From Mycoplasmatota bacterium (GTDB lineage: Bacteria > Bacillota_I > Bacilli_A > RF39 > UBA660), in assembly GCA_022774645.1 (NCBI GenBank), contig JALFKQ010000003.1, forward strand, positions 1,854 to 65,853: DNA of 64,000 bases, written 5' to 3'. Below are positions 30,644 through 42,373 of the stretch, in pieces. The notes under the pieces are model-generated. The model worked only from the letters and a program-made list of their open reading frames with translations. It had not been told where the DNA came from and made no database searches. Position 1 is the first letter of the stretch, and each line of letters starts with the position of its first letter. Position numbers and translations under genes: made by a program.

Positions 30644-32398
30644 CTATTCATCTATATATTTTTTAAGTAAGTTTAATTTTTCATTAAATATTTCAAATGC
30701 TCTATTCATAACATTAACATCACTAATATCAACAAGAGCATCTTTTAATATATCAAGTGGATACTTACTACCTCCACTCTTTAAGAAATTAAGATATTTT
30801 TCTTTATAATTTTTATCTTTCTTTAAATTATCTACTATTATAATCGCACTTATAAAGCCAGTCGCATATTTATAAACATAAAATGAAGAATAAAAGTGTG
30901 GTATTCTTGACCATTCATATTTAATATCTTCATCAATACAAACAGTATCTCCAAAATATTTTTTATTTAAATCATAATAAATATTACATAAAGTATCTCT
31001 ACTTAAATTCTCATTATTATCTTCCATATCATGAACTATTTTTTCAAATTCAGCAAACATAGTTTGTCTATATACAGTAGATTTAAATTTATTTAAAAAT
31101 TCAACTAAATAATATATTTTTTCATTTTTATCATCTGTATTATTAAATAAATATTCACTTAATAATATCTCATTAACAGTTGATGCGACTTCTGCTAAAA
31201 ATATTGGATAATTAGCATTAACATATTCTTGATTCAAATTAGAATAATAACTATGCATCGCATGTCCCATCTCATGAGCAATAGTTGAAATTGAATTAAT
31301 ATCACCTTCAAAATTTAAACATACATAAGGAGGAACACCATAAGTGGCCCATTCAAAAGCACCACTTCTCTTACCTTTCTTAGGTAACACTGAAACAGAT
31401 TTATTATTTATAACAGTTTTAAAATCTTTTATATATTCACTTCCAAGTATATTAAGTGCTTTATATATAATTTCAAGACTATCACCATAACTATATTTTC
31501 TTTCAGGCATACTAGATATATTTACATAAGTATCATATAAATGATATTTAGAAAGACCAAGTACATTCTTTTTCACTTTATAATAATCATATAAATAACT
31601 CAAATTATCACTAGTACATTTAATTAAATTATTATATAAAGATTTATCAATATTATCACTACTTAAATACATAGATAAACTGTCAGAATACTTTCTAGTA
31701 TTTGATATTAATTTATCACATTTAACATGTCCTAAATATAAACTACTAAATGTATTTATATGATTTTTATAGTACTTATACAACTTATTAAAAGCAGACT
31801 TTCTAACACTTCTATTTTTAGAACTAATAAGTACTCCATAATTAGAATTAGTAAGTGTAATTAAGTTACCTTCTTCATCCTTTAACTTATCAAAAGATAT
31901 ATCAGTATTATCAAGTTCTTCAAAAGCATTCTCAGGTATTCTATATAAAGATGACATATCAGATAATATCTTTTCCTCTTTTTCACTAAGGACATGGTCT
32001 TTATCTTTAAATAATTTTTCAAAATAGAATCTATATTTTTCTAATCTATCATCATTTCTTATTTTATTTAAAATATCTTCATAATCTAATTTCAAGATTT
32101 CTGGAATAACAAAACTTCTTTCACTATTAGCTTTATCATAAATATTAAGAACACTATTTACAAGTTCCTTACTTTCATTATTAGTCATATCTTCATAAAA
32201 CTTTAAAAAGGAATAAATATATATTCTTTCACATAATAAATCTATTTTACTATCTGTTTCTAAAAACCCATACAAATTATCAAATATTTTACCTTTATAT
32301 TTAATAATTTCTTTTAATAAATCATTTATTTTATCTATTGTACTTTTAAGTTCATCATCATTTTTAAATATTCTAGTTAAATCCCAATCGTAATCCAT
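30644..32398 (-). CDS. pepF: Oligoendopeptidase F (M3B)
   Basis: [23 protein letters not shown] and [14 protein letters not shown] motifs. Confidence 0.95.
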   Translation of the reverse strand: MDYDWDLTRIFKNDDELKSTIDKINDLLKEIIKYKGKIFDNLYGFLETDSKIDLLCERIYIYSFLKFYEDMTNNESKELVNSVLNIYDKANSERSFVIPEILKLDYEDILNKIRNDDRLEKYRFYFEKLFKDKDHVLSEKEEKILSDMSSLYRIPENAFEELDNTDISFDKLKDEEGNLITLTNSNYGVLISSKNRSVRKSAFNKLYKYYKNHINTFSSLYLGHVKCDKLISNTRKYSDSLSMYLSSDNIDKSLYNNLIKCTSDNLSYLYDYYKVKKNVLGLSKYHLYDTYVNISSMPERKYSYGDSLEIIYKALNILGSEYIKDFKTVINNKSVSVLPKKGKRSGAFEWATYGVPPYVCLNFEGDINSISTIAHEMGHAMHSYYSNLNQEYVNANYPIFLAEVASTVNEILLSEYLFNNTDDKNEKIYYLVEFLNKFKSTVYRQTMFAEFEKIVHDMEDNNENLSRDTLCNIYYDLNKKYFGDTVCIDEDIKYEWSRIPHFYSSFYVYKYATGFISAIIIVDNLKKDKNYKEKYLNFLKSGGSKYPLDILKDALVDISDVNVMNRAFEIFNEKLNLLKKYIDE

Positions 32399-32423
32399 TA
32401 ATTCTCCTTATATATAAATATAA

Positions 32424-32440
32424 GGGCTCTAAAAGAGCCC
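32424..32440 (-). terminator. Hairpin after dnaK (terminator or mRNA stabiliser)
   Basis: gggctct-aaa-agagccc. Confidence 0.65.
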
Positions 32441-32451
32441 CTATTCATAAA

Positions 32452-34290
<1,839 letters not shown>

Positions 34291-34305
34291 TTATCTCTCC
34301 TTTTC

Positions 34306-34905
34306 TTATTTGTTAACTTTAACCATTGCTGGTCTAATTAACTTATCTTTATATTTATAACCTTTTGTATATACTTCAAGTACAATATTCTCAGGTTTAT
34401 TCTCGTCGTGCTCAGTTAAAACAGCCTCAGATACATGAGGATCAAACTCAAGACCTAAGCATTCAACTTCACGAACTTCATATTTATCAAGTAAAGCAGT
34501 TAAATTACCAAGTATCATCTTAAATCCACTTAGGAATTTACTTACTTCATCACTTAAATCATTATCATCCATAGAAACAGCTCTTTCTAAATTATCTTTA
34601 ATAACAAGTATCTCTTTAATGAAATCTTCTCCTTCATATTGAAGCATTTTACTAATTTCACCTTGAGTTCTCGTTTTAAAATTTAGAAATTCAGCTTGAA
34701 GTCTCATATATTTTTCTTCAAGTTCTTTATTTCTACTTCCTAATATTTGAATCATCATTTCAGGGTCTATGCTTCCGCATCCAGAACATCCTGCACATGA
34801 TCCAGAACAACCACTATCTTCATTAGTTTCACATTCACATGTGCTTTCATTGCTAGTTTGTTCATTAATATTTTGTTCTTCTTCTTTTATATGTTTTTTT
34901 GACAT
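34306..34905 (-). CDS. grpE: Nucleotide exchange factor GrpE with an N-terminal Cys cluster
   Basis: RLQAEFLN, DNLERA, FDPH and KGY...RPAMVKV motifs. Confidence 0.96.
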   Translation of the reverse strand: MSKKHIKEEEQNINEQTSNESTCECETNEDSGCSGSCAGCSGCGSIDPEMMIQILGSRNKELEEKYMRLQAEFLNFKTRTQGEISKMLQYEGEDFIKEILVIKDNLERAVSMDDNDLSDEVSKFLSGFKMILGNLTALLDKYEVREVECLGLEFDPHVSEAVLTEHDENKPENIVLEVYTKGYKYKDKLIRPAMVKVNK

Positions 34906-35906
34906 TATTTCTTCCTCTCTATATGTTCTTTTAAATATTCAAGCATATTTACGACTCTATCGTATTCCATTCTTTTTGGTCCGATTACAGCAATAGTTCC
35001 TTCAGTTCCATTATTAGCTTTATATTTAGTTTTAACTATTGTTACATTGTCATCGATTTCGCTTTCACTACCAATATATACCTTAACCTCATCATTAGTC
35101 TCTTCAATTTTATTCACCATATCTTTGCTTTCAAATTTACTAATAATGTTTTTAACATCATCGACTGTAGTGAATTCTGGTTGTTTTAATATATTAGCCT
35201 TCCCACTGAACTTAACATCCCTTTCACTAGTGAAATTAGATAATGCATTATAAAAAGCATTATACAAAACCTCATAATTTTCAATATAATTTCTTATTAT
35301 AGGTTTAATTTCAAATTCTAGCTTACTAGGTACATCATCAATAGGTGTTCCAACAAGCATCTTATTCAATAACTCAGTAGTTTTAGCAACCTCACTTAAT
35401 GGTATGTTTTCATCAATAGATAAATTCTTGTTTTCAACATGACCTTTATCAGTGATTACAATAGCTACAAGCCCTCTTTCACCAACTGGAATTACTTCTA
35501 CCTTAGACAATTTGTTATCACTTGATTCCTTACCTAAAACAACAGAAGTGTAATTTGTAATATCACTTATTATTTCCAAACTTTTACTAATCACATCATT
35601 AAGTTCTAAATCACGATTATTAAATATAGTTTGAAGTTTAAGCATATCTTCACCACTTAATTTTTTAGGTTCCATCAAATTATCAACATAATATCTATAT
35701 CCCATTTCAGATGGAATTCTACCAGAAGATATATGTGTCTTTTCTAAGTAACCTAAACCTTCAAGATCAGCCATATCATTTCTAATAGTAGCACTTGAAC
35801 ATTTAAATTTCTTACATAAAGATTTACTACCAACAGGTCTTGCAGTCTTTACATATTCTTCTACAATTTCCTTTAGTAATTCTCTTTGTCTTGTACCAAT
35901 CATCAT
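34905..35906 (-). CDS. hrcA: Heat-inducible repressor HrcA
   Basis: PVGSK, SSATIRNDM, HISSGRIPS and IGPKRMEY motifs. Confidence 0.98.
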   Translation of the reverse strand: MMIGTRQRELLKEIVEEYVKTARPVGSKSLCKKFKCSSATIRNDMADLEGLGYLEKTHISSGRIPSEMGYRYYVDNLMEPKKLSGEDMLKLQTIFNNRDLELNDVISKSLEIISDITNYTSVVLGKESSDNKLSKVEVIPVGERGLVAIVITDKGHVENKNLSIDENIPLSEVAKTTELLNKMLVGTPIDDVPSKLEFEIKPIIRNYIENYEVLYNAFYNALSNFTSERDVKFSGKANILKQPEFTTVDDVKNIISKFESKDMVNKIEETNDEVKVYIGSESEIDDNVTIVKTKYKANNGTEGTIAVIGPKRMEYDRVVNMLEYLKEHIERKK

Positions 35907-35915
35907 ATACCTCCC

Positions 35916-35942
35916 TTAGCACTCCTTTCTTTCTAGTGCTAA
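35916..35942. promoter_or_regulatory. CIRCE element 1
   Basis: TTAGCACTC-N9-TAGTGCTAA. Confidence 0.92.
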
Positions 35943-35961
35943 ATTAATTATATCACTATTT

Positions 35962-35988
35962 TTAGCATTGTCAATATGTGAGTGCTAA
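35962..35988. promoter_or_regulatory. CIRCE element 2, overlapping the -35 (TTGACA-16-TATAAT, minus strand)
   Basis: TTAGCATTG-N9-GAGTGCTAA. Confidence 0.88.
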
Positions 35989-36072
35989 TTTTTTTAAAAT
36001 TTTAAAATTTAATACAAAAACACTTGATATTTAATTACTTTATAGCAATTACAATAAAAAAATCTTAAAAGA

Positions 36073-36798
36073 TTATTCAATTTCCTTTAAGAATTTTTTA
36101 CTTTTAACAGTAACACCACTATAATCTTCATAATATTCACTGATTATTCTATCAATCGCATTACTTACTTCACTATCAATATCTAAATTACTTATTTTAG
36201 AAATATCTACATAATTATAAAGTCTTAACAATTTCAATATTTTACCATCTAATATTGGCTCATTATTTCTACAATTAGAACAAATATAACCACCTCTACT
36301 AGTACTTAATGTTACAACTTTAGTACTACCACAATTAACACAAGAATCTAAACATAAACTTATACCAATATAATTTAAATATTGCATTTCTACTATATTA
36401 GTAATAATTTTAGAATCAAAACCATCCTCTATCTTTAAAAGTGCATTTATAAGTATTTCATAAACCTCATTATTGTTAGATTCTTTAAATACATTAGTAG
36501 CAAGTTCACATAAATAAGACATATAACTTATTCTCATAATATCACTTTTAATATTAATAAAATAATTTTTAATGTCAGCTTCTATTAAAGTAGAAAGCCC
36601 ATTTTCTTTATAATAAAAATGAAATGTACCATAAGCAAACTTTTCACTAGGAAGTCTAAGTTTACTCTTTAAACTTTTACATCCTTTAACAATACAACCT
36701 ACTATTCCCATATCTTTTGTTAGAATATTAATAATTCTACTACTCTCTTTAAAAGGAATACTACTCACAACAATTCCATCTGTACTTATAATCTTCAT
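36073..36798 (-). CDS. recO: DNA repair protein RecO
   Basis: OB-fold N-terminus, CVNC...CSNC zinc finger; follows era. Confidence 0.94.
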   Translation of the reverse strand: MKIISTDGIVVSSIPFKESSRIINILTKDMGIVGCIVKGCKSLKSKLRLPSEKFAYGTFHFYYKENGLSTLIEADIKNYFINIKSDIMRISYMSYLCELATNVFKESNNNEVYEILINALLKIEDGFDSKIITNIVEMQYLNYIGISLCLDSCVNCGSTKVVTLSTSRGGYICSNCRNNEPILDGKILKLLRLYNYVDISKISNLDIDSEVSNAIDRIISEYYEDYSGVTVKSKKFLKEIE

Positions 36799-36831
36799 AC
36801 TTACTTTAAAAGCATAAAGATAACTTTATGC

Positions 36832-36912
36832 TTATTTTCCTTTCTTATATTCTAAATAATATTCTATCTTTCCAGTTTCCTTAAATTTATTCCAAGCTTT
36901 CTTTTTATTCAT
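36832..36912 (-). CDS. yqzL: YqzL-family small protein (26 aa), absent from the ORF track
   Basis: MNKKKAWNKFKETGKIEYYLEYKKGK, matching W..F..TG.I..YL.YK; AAGGAG RBS; era-yqzL-recO synteny. Confidence 0.85.
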   Translation of the reverse strand: MNKKKAWNKFKETGKIEYYLEYKKGK

Positions 36913-36966
36913 ATCTCTCTCCTTACAATATTATATTGCAAGAAAAATAAAATATTTATTCAAAAA

Positions 36967-37854
36967 TTAATCATTTTTTATTAAATATCCTAAATCTTTA
37001 ATGAATTTTTCTTTTTCTCTCCACTTTTTAATTGTTTTACAATATAATTCAAGATAAACTTTCATACCAAGTAATTCTTCCATATCAAGTCTAGCTTCAT
37101 GACCAATAGTTTTAATCATACTTCCATTACTACCGATAATAATTTTTCTAAGTGAATCTCTATCAACAATTATATCTATATATATTTTAGCTATATTATT
37201 TTTTTCTTCATAACCAACTAATTTACAAGATATTGAATGAGGTACTTCATCATTAGTATGAATAAATATTTTTTCTCTAACTATTTCTGATAATCTAAAT
37301 TCCATTTCAGCAGTAGTAGTTTCACCATCTATAAAATATTTAACATTATCAGGTAAGTATTCTTTAAGAACTTTAATTAATCTATCAATATTATCATTCT
37401 TTAATGCTGATACTGGAATTATTTCAGCGAATTCATATAGATTTTTATATTCATCAATCTTCTTAAGTATTTCTTCATCACTTAATTTATCAATTTTATT
37501 AAGAATTAAAAATACTGGTTTTTTTACTCCTGATAGTTTATCAATAATAAATTGATCACCTTTTCCATACGGAACACTTGCATCTACTACTAAAAGTAAT
37601 ATATCAACATCATTAATTGAATAATAAGCTTGGCTATTAAGTGCTACTCCAAGTTTATCAACTGGTTTATGAATTCCAGGAGTATCTACAAATATAATTT
37701 GAGTATCTTCTTCATTATAAATACCCTCTACTAAGTTTCTAGTTGTTTGTGGCTTTGGACTAATAATTGCAACCTTTTCTTTTATGATTTGATTTAATAA
37801 TGTACTTTTACCTGTATTAGGTCTACCAATTAAACTTACAAAACCACTTTTCAT
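36967..37854 (-). CDS. era: GTPase Era
   Basis: MKSGFV, GRPNTGKS, PQTTR, DTPG, KH domain. Confidence 0.98.
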   Translation of the reverse strand: MKSGFVSLIGRPNTGKSTLLNQIIKEKVAIISPKPQTTRNLVEGIYNEEDTQIIFVDTPGIHKPVDKLGVALNSQAYYSINDVDILLLVVDASVPYGKGDQFIIDKLSGVKKPVFLILNKIDKLSDEEILKKIDEYKNLYEFAEIIPVSALKNDNIDRLIKVLKEYLPDNVKYFIDGETTTAEMEFRLSEIVREKIFIHTNDEVPHSISCKLVGYEEKNNIAKIYIDIIVDRDSLRKIIIGSNGSMIKTIGHEARLDMEELLGMKVYLELYCKTIKKWREKEKFIKDLGYLIKND

Positions 37855-38231
37855 ACTAAATCCTCCTTAGTAAATGTAGTAGTCATTAGTTTTTCAAAAC
37901 TCATAACTTCCATTTTACCATCATGAGTCATTATATTAAACATAACATCTTTATCAAAAAACTCTAAAAATGTTTGTTTACATATATTACATGGATAACA
38001 AATTTCATCACTACTAGTCATTAAATATAATACTTTAAATTCTCTTTCACCATGACTAACAGCATTGTTAATCGCATTTCTCTCAGCACATATAGTACCA
38101 CCATATGATGCGTTTTCTATATTAACACCTTCATAAAAATTACCATTTTTAGTTTCAACTATACAAGCAAAATGCATATTTGAATAAGGCGCATAACTAT
38201 TCTCTAATAATTTAATTAATCTATCTTTCAT
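37851..38231 (-). CDS. cdd: Cytidine deaminase
   Basis: YAPYS, NIENASY, CAER and PCNIC motifs. Confidence 0.96.
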   Translation of the reverse strand: MKDRLIKLLENSYAPYSNMHFACIVETKNGNFYEGVNIENASYGGTICAERNAINNAVSHGEREFKVLYLMTSSDEICYPCNICKQTFLEFFDKDVMFNIMTHDGKMEVMSFEKLMTTTFTKEDLV

Positions 38232-38239
38232 ATTCCTCC

Positions 38240-38638
38240 TTAAAATAATGCCACTACTTTTGGCCCAAAAATAATTAATCCAACTATGATTGCAATAATA
38301 GCAAATACAAACACAGCTGCTGCAGCTGTATCTTTAGCAACCTTAGCAAGCGGATGATATTCCTCAGTAACCAAATCAACAACTGCTTCAATAGCTGTAT
38401 TAATAAGTTCACAAGATATAACAAGACCCATAGTAAGCATTAATATAGCCCACTCTATACCACTTAATTTAAATATAAATGCTGCAATAGACACTACAAG
38501 AGCCATACCAACATCAAATGCTAAATTTTGCTCATTTCTATAAGCATACTTTAATCCTTTAATTGGATAAGTAAAACTATGAAAGAATTTCTTTATACCC
38601 TTTTGAGCCTTTCTTTCATCTCGTGATATCATATTCAT
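38240..38638 (-). CDS. dgkA: Diacylglycerol/undecaprenol kinase
   Basis: ELINTAIEAVVD and AKDTAAAAV motifs. Confidence 0.95.
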   Translation of the reverse strand: MNMISRDERKAQKGIKKFFHSFTYPIKGLKYAYRNEQNLAFDVGMALVVSIAAFIFKLSGIEWAILMLTMGLVISCELINTAIEAVVDLVTEEYHPLAKVAKDTAAAAVFVFAIIAIIVGLIIFGPKVVALF

Positions 38639-39065
38639 TTAATATTTCCTCCTCTTTTGCTCTCATTACAGCTTTATCCTCAGGAGTCATATGATCATAA
38701 CCAAGTAAATGTAAAAGCCCATGAACTGCTAAATAACAAAATTCCCTCTTAATACTATGCCCATATTCTTTTGCTTGTTCAACACATCTATCATAACAAA
38801 TATAGATTTCACCTAAAAATCTAATATTATCATATTCTAAATCATCTACTTCTTCAAAAGCAAAAGATATTACATCAGTAACTGCATCCTTATCTCTATA
38901 TTCTCTATTTATTTCCTGTATTCTATTTTTATCAACTATAACTATATTAAGCATAGGATTATTAACTTTCAAATGTTTACATGCAAATCTAATAACCTTA
39001 TCTAATTCACTTATATCAATATCTTCATGATTAGTTGTATTAATTATATAATCTTCCATACACAC
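38616..39065 (-). CDS. ybeY: rRNA maturation endonuclease YbeY
   Basis: TDVISF and HGLLHLLGYDH; start may be ATG 39059. Confidence 0.97.
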   Translation of the reverse strand: MCMEDYIINTTNHEDIDISELDKVIRFACKHLKVNNPMLNIVIVDKNRIQEINREYRDKDAVTDVISFAFEEVDDLEYDNIRFLGEIYICYDRCVEQAKEYGHSIKREFCYLAVHGLLHLLGYDHMTPEDKAVMRAKEEEILNEYDITR

Positions 39066-39072
39066 TCCTTAA

Positions 39073-39672
39073 CTACATAATCTTATAGACATATAAACCT
39101 ATAAGAATTAATATTATAACACTAAGTACATTATAAAGCCAATCTCTTCTTAAGAATTTAGGCATATTATTTCTAATTGCATTAAGTGCAGTGTAAAGTA
39201 AGAATCCAACTATACCACCTACTATATTTAAAATTATATCATCTATATCAAAACTTCTACCTATATAGTGTTGTACACTTTCTATTGTTAAACTTGAAAA
39301 TAATGATACGAGAGTAATTGTACCAAGTCCTTTAATATTAGCATAACTAGTAGCAAAATAACCAAGAGGTATAAATAAAACAATATTTCCAACTACTTGT
39401 TTATAAAAACTAGCACTACCTACTGGATATCTCATAATTTCTCTAAAAGGCATTAAATTTGTCCCACCACCAGGAATATCTTGACTAGTAACTAACTGGA
39501 ACAACATAACCAAATATGCAAGAAATAATAAATTAAATATTTCTTCATGAAAAACAAACTTTCTTTTATCACTTTTTAATATATAAGTAACTCTTAAAAT
39601 TACAACAATCGCAACAACTATAATAAGAGTTGGTAATGACATCTTTATAACACTTCTAATTGCTCTCTCCAT
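39073..39672 (-). CDS. VanZ-family membrane protein
   Basis: NLMPF, GNIVLFIPLG and RSFDIDDIILN motifs. Confidence 0.9.
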   Translation of the reverse strand: MERAIRSVIKMSLPTLIIVVAIVVILRVTYILKSDKRKFVFHEEIFNLLFLAYLVMLFQLVTSQDIPGGGTNLMPFREIMRYPVGSASFYKQVVGNIVLFIPLGYFATSYANIKGLGTITLVSLFSSLTIESVQHYIGRSFDIDDIILNIVGGIVGFLLYTALNAIRNNMPKFLRRDWLYNVLSVIILILIGLYVYKIM

Positions 39673-40810
39673 TCTCTTCTCCTATATCTTTTATTTCAGA
39701 AGCAACCCCAATTTTTTCATAAACTTTAAAAAACACTTCTAAGTTTATTTTACTACTATTTACCTCTTTTTTCAAAACTTTTTTTGAAATAATATATTCA
39801 TCACTAGAGAGCTTTTTTTCTATCTCAGAAACACTTCTATTAATTGCTTCATTATAAGCTTCTTCTTCACTTAAAATAATTTCATTATAACTATATTTTT
39901 TCTTTTCTTCTTTATATAATTTAAAAAATAAATATGGTTTATCAATAACAATACTTTTCTTATTTATAGTATCATTACTATCATATTTACCAGTTAAAGT
40001 AAATTCATGTCCAAATATATCTAAATAATAATGATTAATAGTTTTACCTGTATAAACATAATCTACTCTTTTAAATGGAATACTTATATTAACAGTTTTC
40101 CATGTTTCAGCATAAATAACACCATCACTATGTATCTTATCAACAACAGTTTCATTTTTAATAACATTACCTGTTATTAATGTGTCTCCCTTTTTAACAT
40201 AATCTCCTATATCAATAGCTTTACTACCACTATGAACAACAATATGTTTAATAACACCATCTTTATCCGCAACAATATCACTTGGTTCATTTCTATTTAC
40301 ATTATTGTTAGATTTAACTCTTGGTGTAACTTCAATATAATATTTACAACCTTTTTCTCTTATTTCTATCCATTCTAATGTATCCTTATTATCAACAAGA
40401 ATCTTATTTTTAATACTATTTAATTTATAAAAAGATACTTTCCTTTTATATAAAGAAACATCATTATCATTTAAACTATCATTTATAATTTTGATAATGT
40501 CTTCATTATCACTATTAATCTTAATATCAAAAATAGTATTACATAACAAAAAAAGTAACATAAAAGATATAATCAAAGATAAAAATACATATTTATTTCT
40601 ATTAAAAATATCAATAACATTCTCTTTACCATAATACTTAACAATATGACATTTATATCTTCTTCTAATATATAAATAATCATCATAAGATACAATTACT
40701 ACATAATAATCATTATACTTATCAAGTGAATCATAATAAATTCTATTATAGATTAAATAATTTAAAAACTTATTACTACATTCATTAACAATAATTTTAA
40801 CTTTATTCAC
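39656..40810 (-). CDS. yqfD: Sporulation protein YqfD (SpoIV family)
   Basis: TM followed by DIVADKDGVI...GDYVKKGDTLITG and VIYAETW. Confidence 0.88.
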   Translation of the reverse strand: MNKVKIIVNECSNKFLNYLIYNRIYYDSLDKYNDYYVVIVSYDDYLYIRRRYKCHIVKYYGKENVIDIFNRNKYVFLSLIISFMLLFLLCNTIFDIKINSDNEDIIKIINDSLNDNDVSLYKRKVSFYKLNSIKNKILVDNKDTLEWIEIREKGCKYYIEVTPRVKSNNNVNRNEPSDIVADKDGVIKHIVVHSGSKAIDIGDYVKKGDTLITGNVIKNETVVDKIHSDGVIYAETWKTVNISIPFKRVDYVYTGKTINHYYLDIFGHEFTLTGKYDSNDTINKKSIVIDKPYLFFKLYKEEKKKYSYNEIILSEEEAYNEAINRSVSEIEKKLSSDEYIISKKVLKKEVNSSKINLEVFFKVYEKIGVASEIKDIGEENGESN

Positions 40811-41033
40811 AATTAAACTCTATATCCTTATATTCACCTTTAATAGATAAATCATGCTCATCTAATCTATTAATAACCATATTATTTCCTTTAATCTTAA
40901 TAGTTTTATTATTTAATTTGATTTTAATAAATGTTTCACTTATATCAATAATTCTTATGTAATTTTTAATACATATTAAATTATTTTCTAAACAAATATA
41001 ATAACTATTATTTTTAATTATATCTTTTATCAT
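40803..41033 (-). CDS. yqfC: YabP/YqfC-family sporulation protein
   Basis: IKNY..IIDI...IKIKGNNM.I......IKG; upstream of yqfD; sigma-E-like promoter TTCTAAA-N13-CATATTAT. Confidence 0.8.
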   Translation of the reverse strand: MIKDIIKNNSYYICLENNLICIKNYIRIIDISETFIKIKLNNKTIKIKGNNMVINRLDEHDLSIKGEYKDIEFNCE

Positions 41034-41103
41034 ATTAAATAATATGTACTATATAAAAATTTAGAAATTAAAAAACATTTAAATGAATTAAATGTTTTAT
41101 TAA

Positions 41104-42324
41104 TTAACCTATTCTAAATGCTGGACTAACTCCGTAATTATTTGTAGCTAGATTACTACCATTCCATGCTCCAACAGAACTTATAACGAAAAATTGTTGT
41201 GTATCATAACTAAATGCTGTTCTTAACCACCACTTATCAGCAATATTATCTTTCATTTTAGTTGCTCCAGCTGAAGTTGAATTAGTTACACCCTCATTTT
41301 GATAATAATCTAATATTCTTGTTGAATCCTTAGCAGTATCATTAGGATAAAACCAATCTGAATATATTTCTTTAGGTGATAGTAAATATAATTTATCTGT
41401 TGATGTAAAATTGGCTGAATCACTTCTTCCGTAACCAGAAACAACTATTGTATCTGTTATTCCATTTTTTAATTCAGTTGGTAATGAATTATAAATACTA
41501 TTATTTACAAATGTTCTTAAAGTCATTGCTGGCCATCCACCAACATTAGTATCAGTAGTATTCATTTGATAATTTGTAATTATGTCTTCAAATTCAAGTA
41601 CAAATCCGCAAGCAGTTTGTGAGAAACCTGACGCAGAACATTCACTTGGTGTTGATGTATCTGCTATTCTTATAAAATTTTTTCCATATTCTCCCAAATC
41701 TACTTCTTTTGTATCTCCAACATTATAACTAGCTATATTTCCAGATTTTACATTTGCAACAATCTCTTGCCAACTATCTCTATTAAATTGTGTAGTATTT
41801 TCTTCTATGCCAAGCACTCCATTAAACTTTTTACCTTGGTTATAGTTTTGACTTGCATTTGTTTCTTTAAAAGTAAATGTAAAAGTATATTTATGAGTAA
41901 TACCACTTTCTATTGAAATACTCTTACTAATTTTAGTACCATATATAGCTTTTTCTGCTATGTCTCCACAAATTCCTTCAACAGACTTATTTGCATTTAA
42001 TCTTTGACATGTAGCTGATATAAACATCTCATTATTAGTAATCTCGTTTGTTAATTCTTGCCAAATAATATTATATTCTGTATCAAGTGTTCCAGTATTT
42101 TCTACTGTTACTTCTTTTGTTACTGTCCACCCTGGTTTAATATTACTACCAACTATTTGTGGACTATCTGTATAAACAAGTTTTAATGTTCCTGCTTCTA
42201 CTACCATATCTTTAGCATTCTCATTTCCTATTACAGAACTACTAAAATATGCATAAGAAAGTCATACACTCATTAAGAATAATAAAACTATTCCAGTTAC
42301 AAATAATATTCTTTTATCATTCAT
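41104..42324 (-). pseudogene. SipW/TasA-type signal peptide protein with a C-terminal DUF6273 (CLec-fold) domain, interrupted by an in-frame TGA at codon 21
   Basis: MNDKRILFVTGIVLLFLMSV*LSYAYF is in frame with ORF 41104..42207; C-terminal WWLRT...GVSPAFRI. Confidence 0.75.
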
Positions 42325-42331
42325 ATATATC

Positions 42332-42353
42332 CCTCTATTCTGTTAAAATTATA
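42332..42353 (-). promoter_or_regulatory. -10 plus AGAATAGAGG element (copy 3)
   Basis: TATAAT-tttaac-AGAATAGAGG-gatatat-ATG. Confidence 0.65.
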
Positions 42354-42373
42354 CAATAAAAGAGATACTATTT

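Noticed and set aside
42262-42264. TGA recoding (genetic code 4 or 25)
   Set aside because: TGA ends sigE, ttcA, lspA and cdd at their expected C-termini, ATGA overlaps occur, and Trp is encoded by TGG in conserved genes
41104-42324. A complete diversity-generating retroelement
   Set aside because: No reverse transcriptase, accessory gene or template repeat seen in the window
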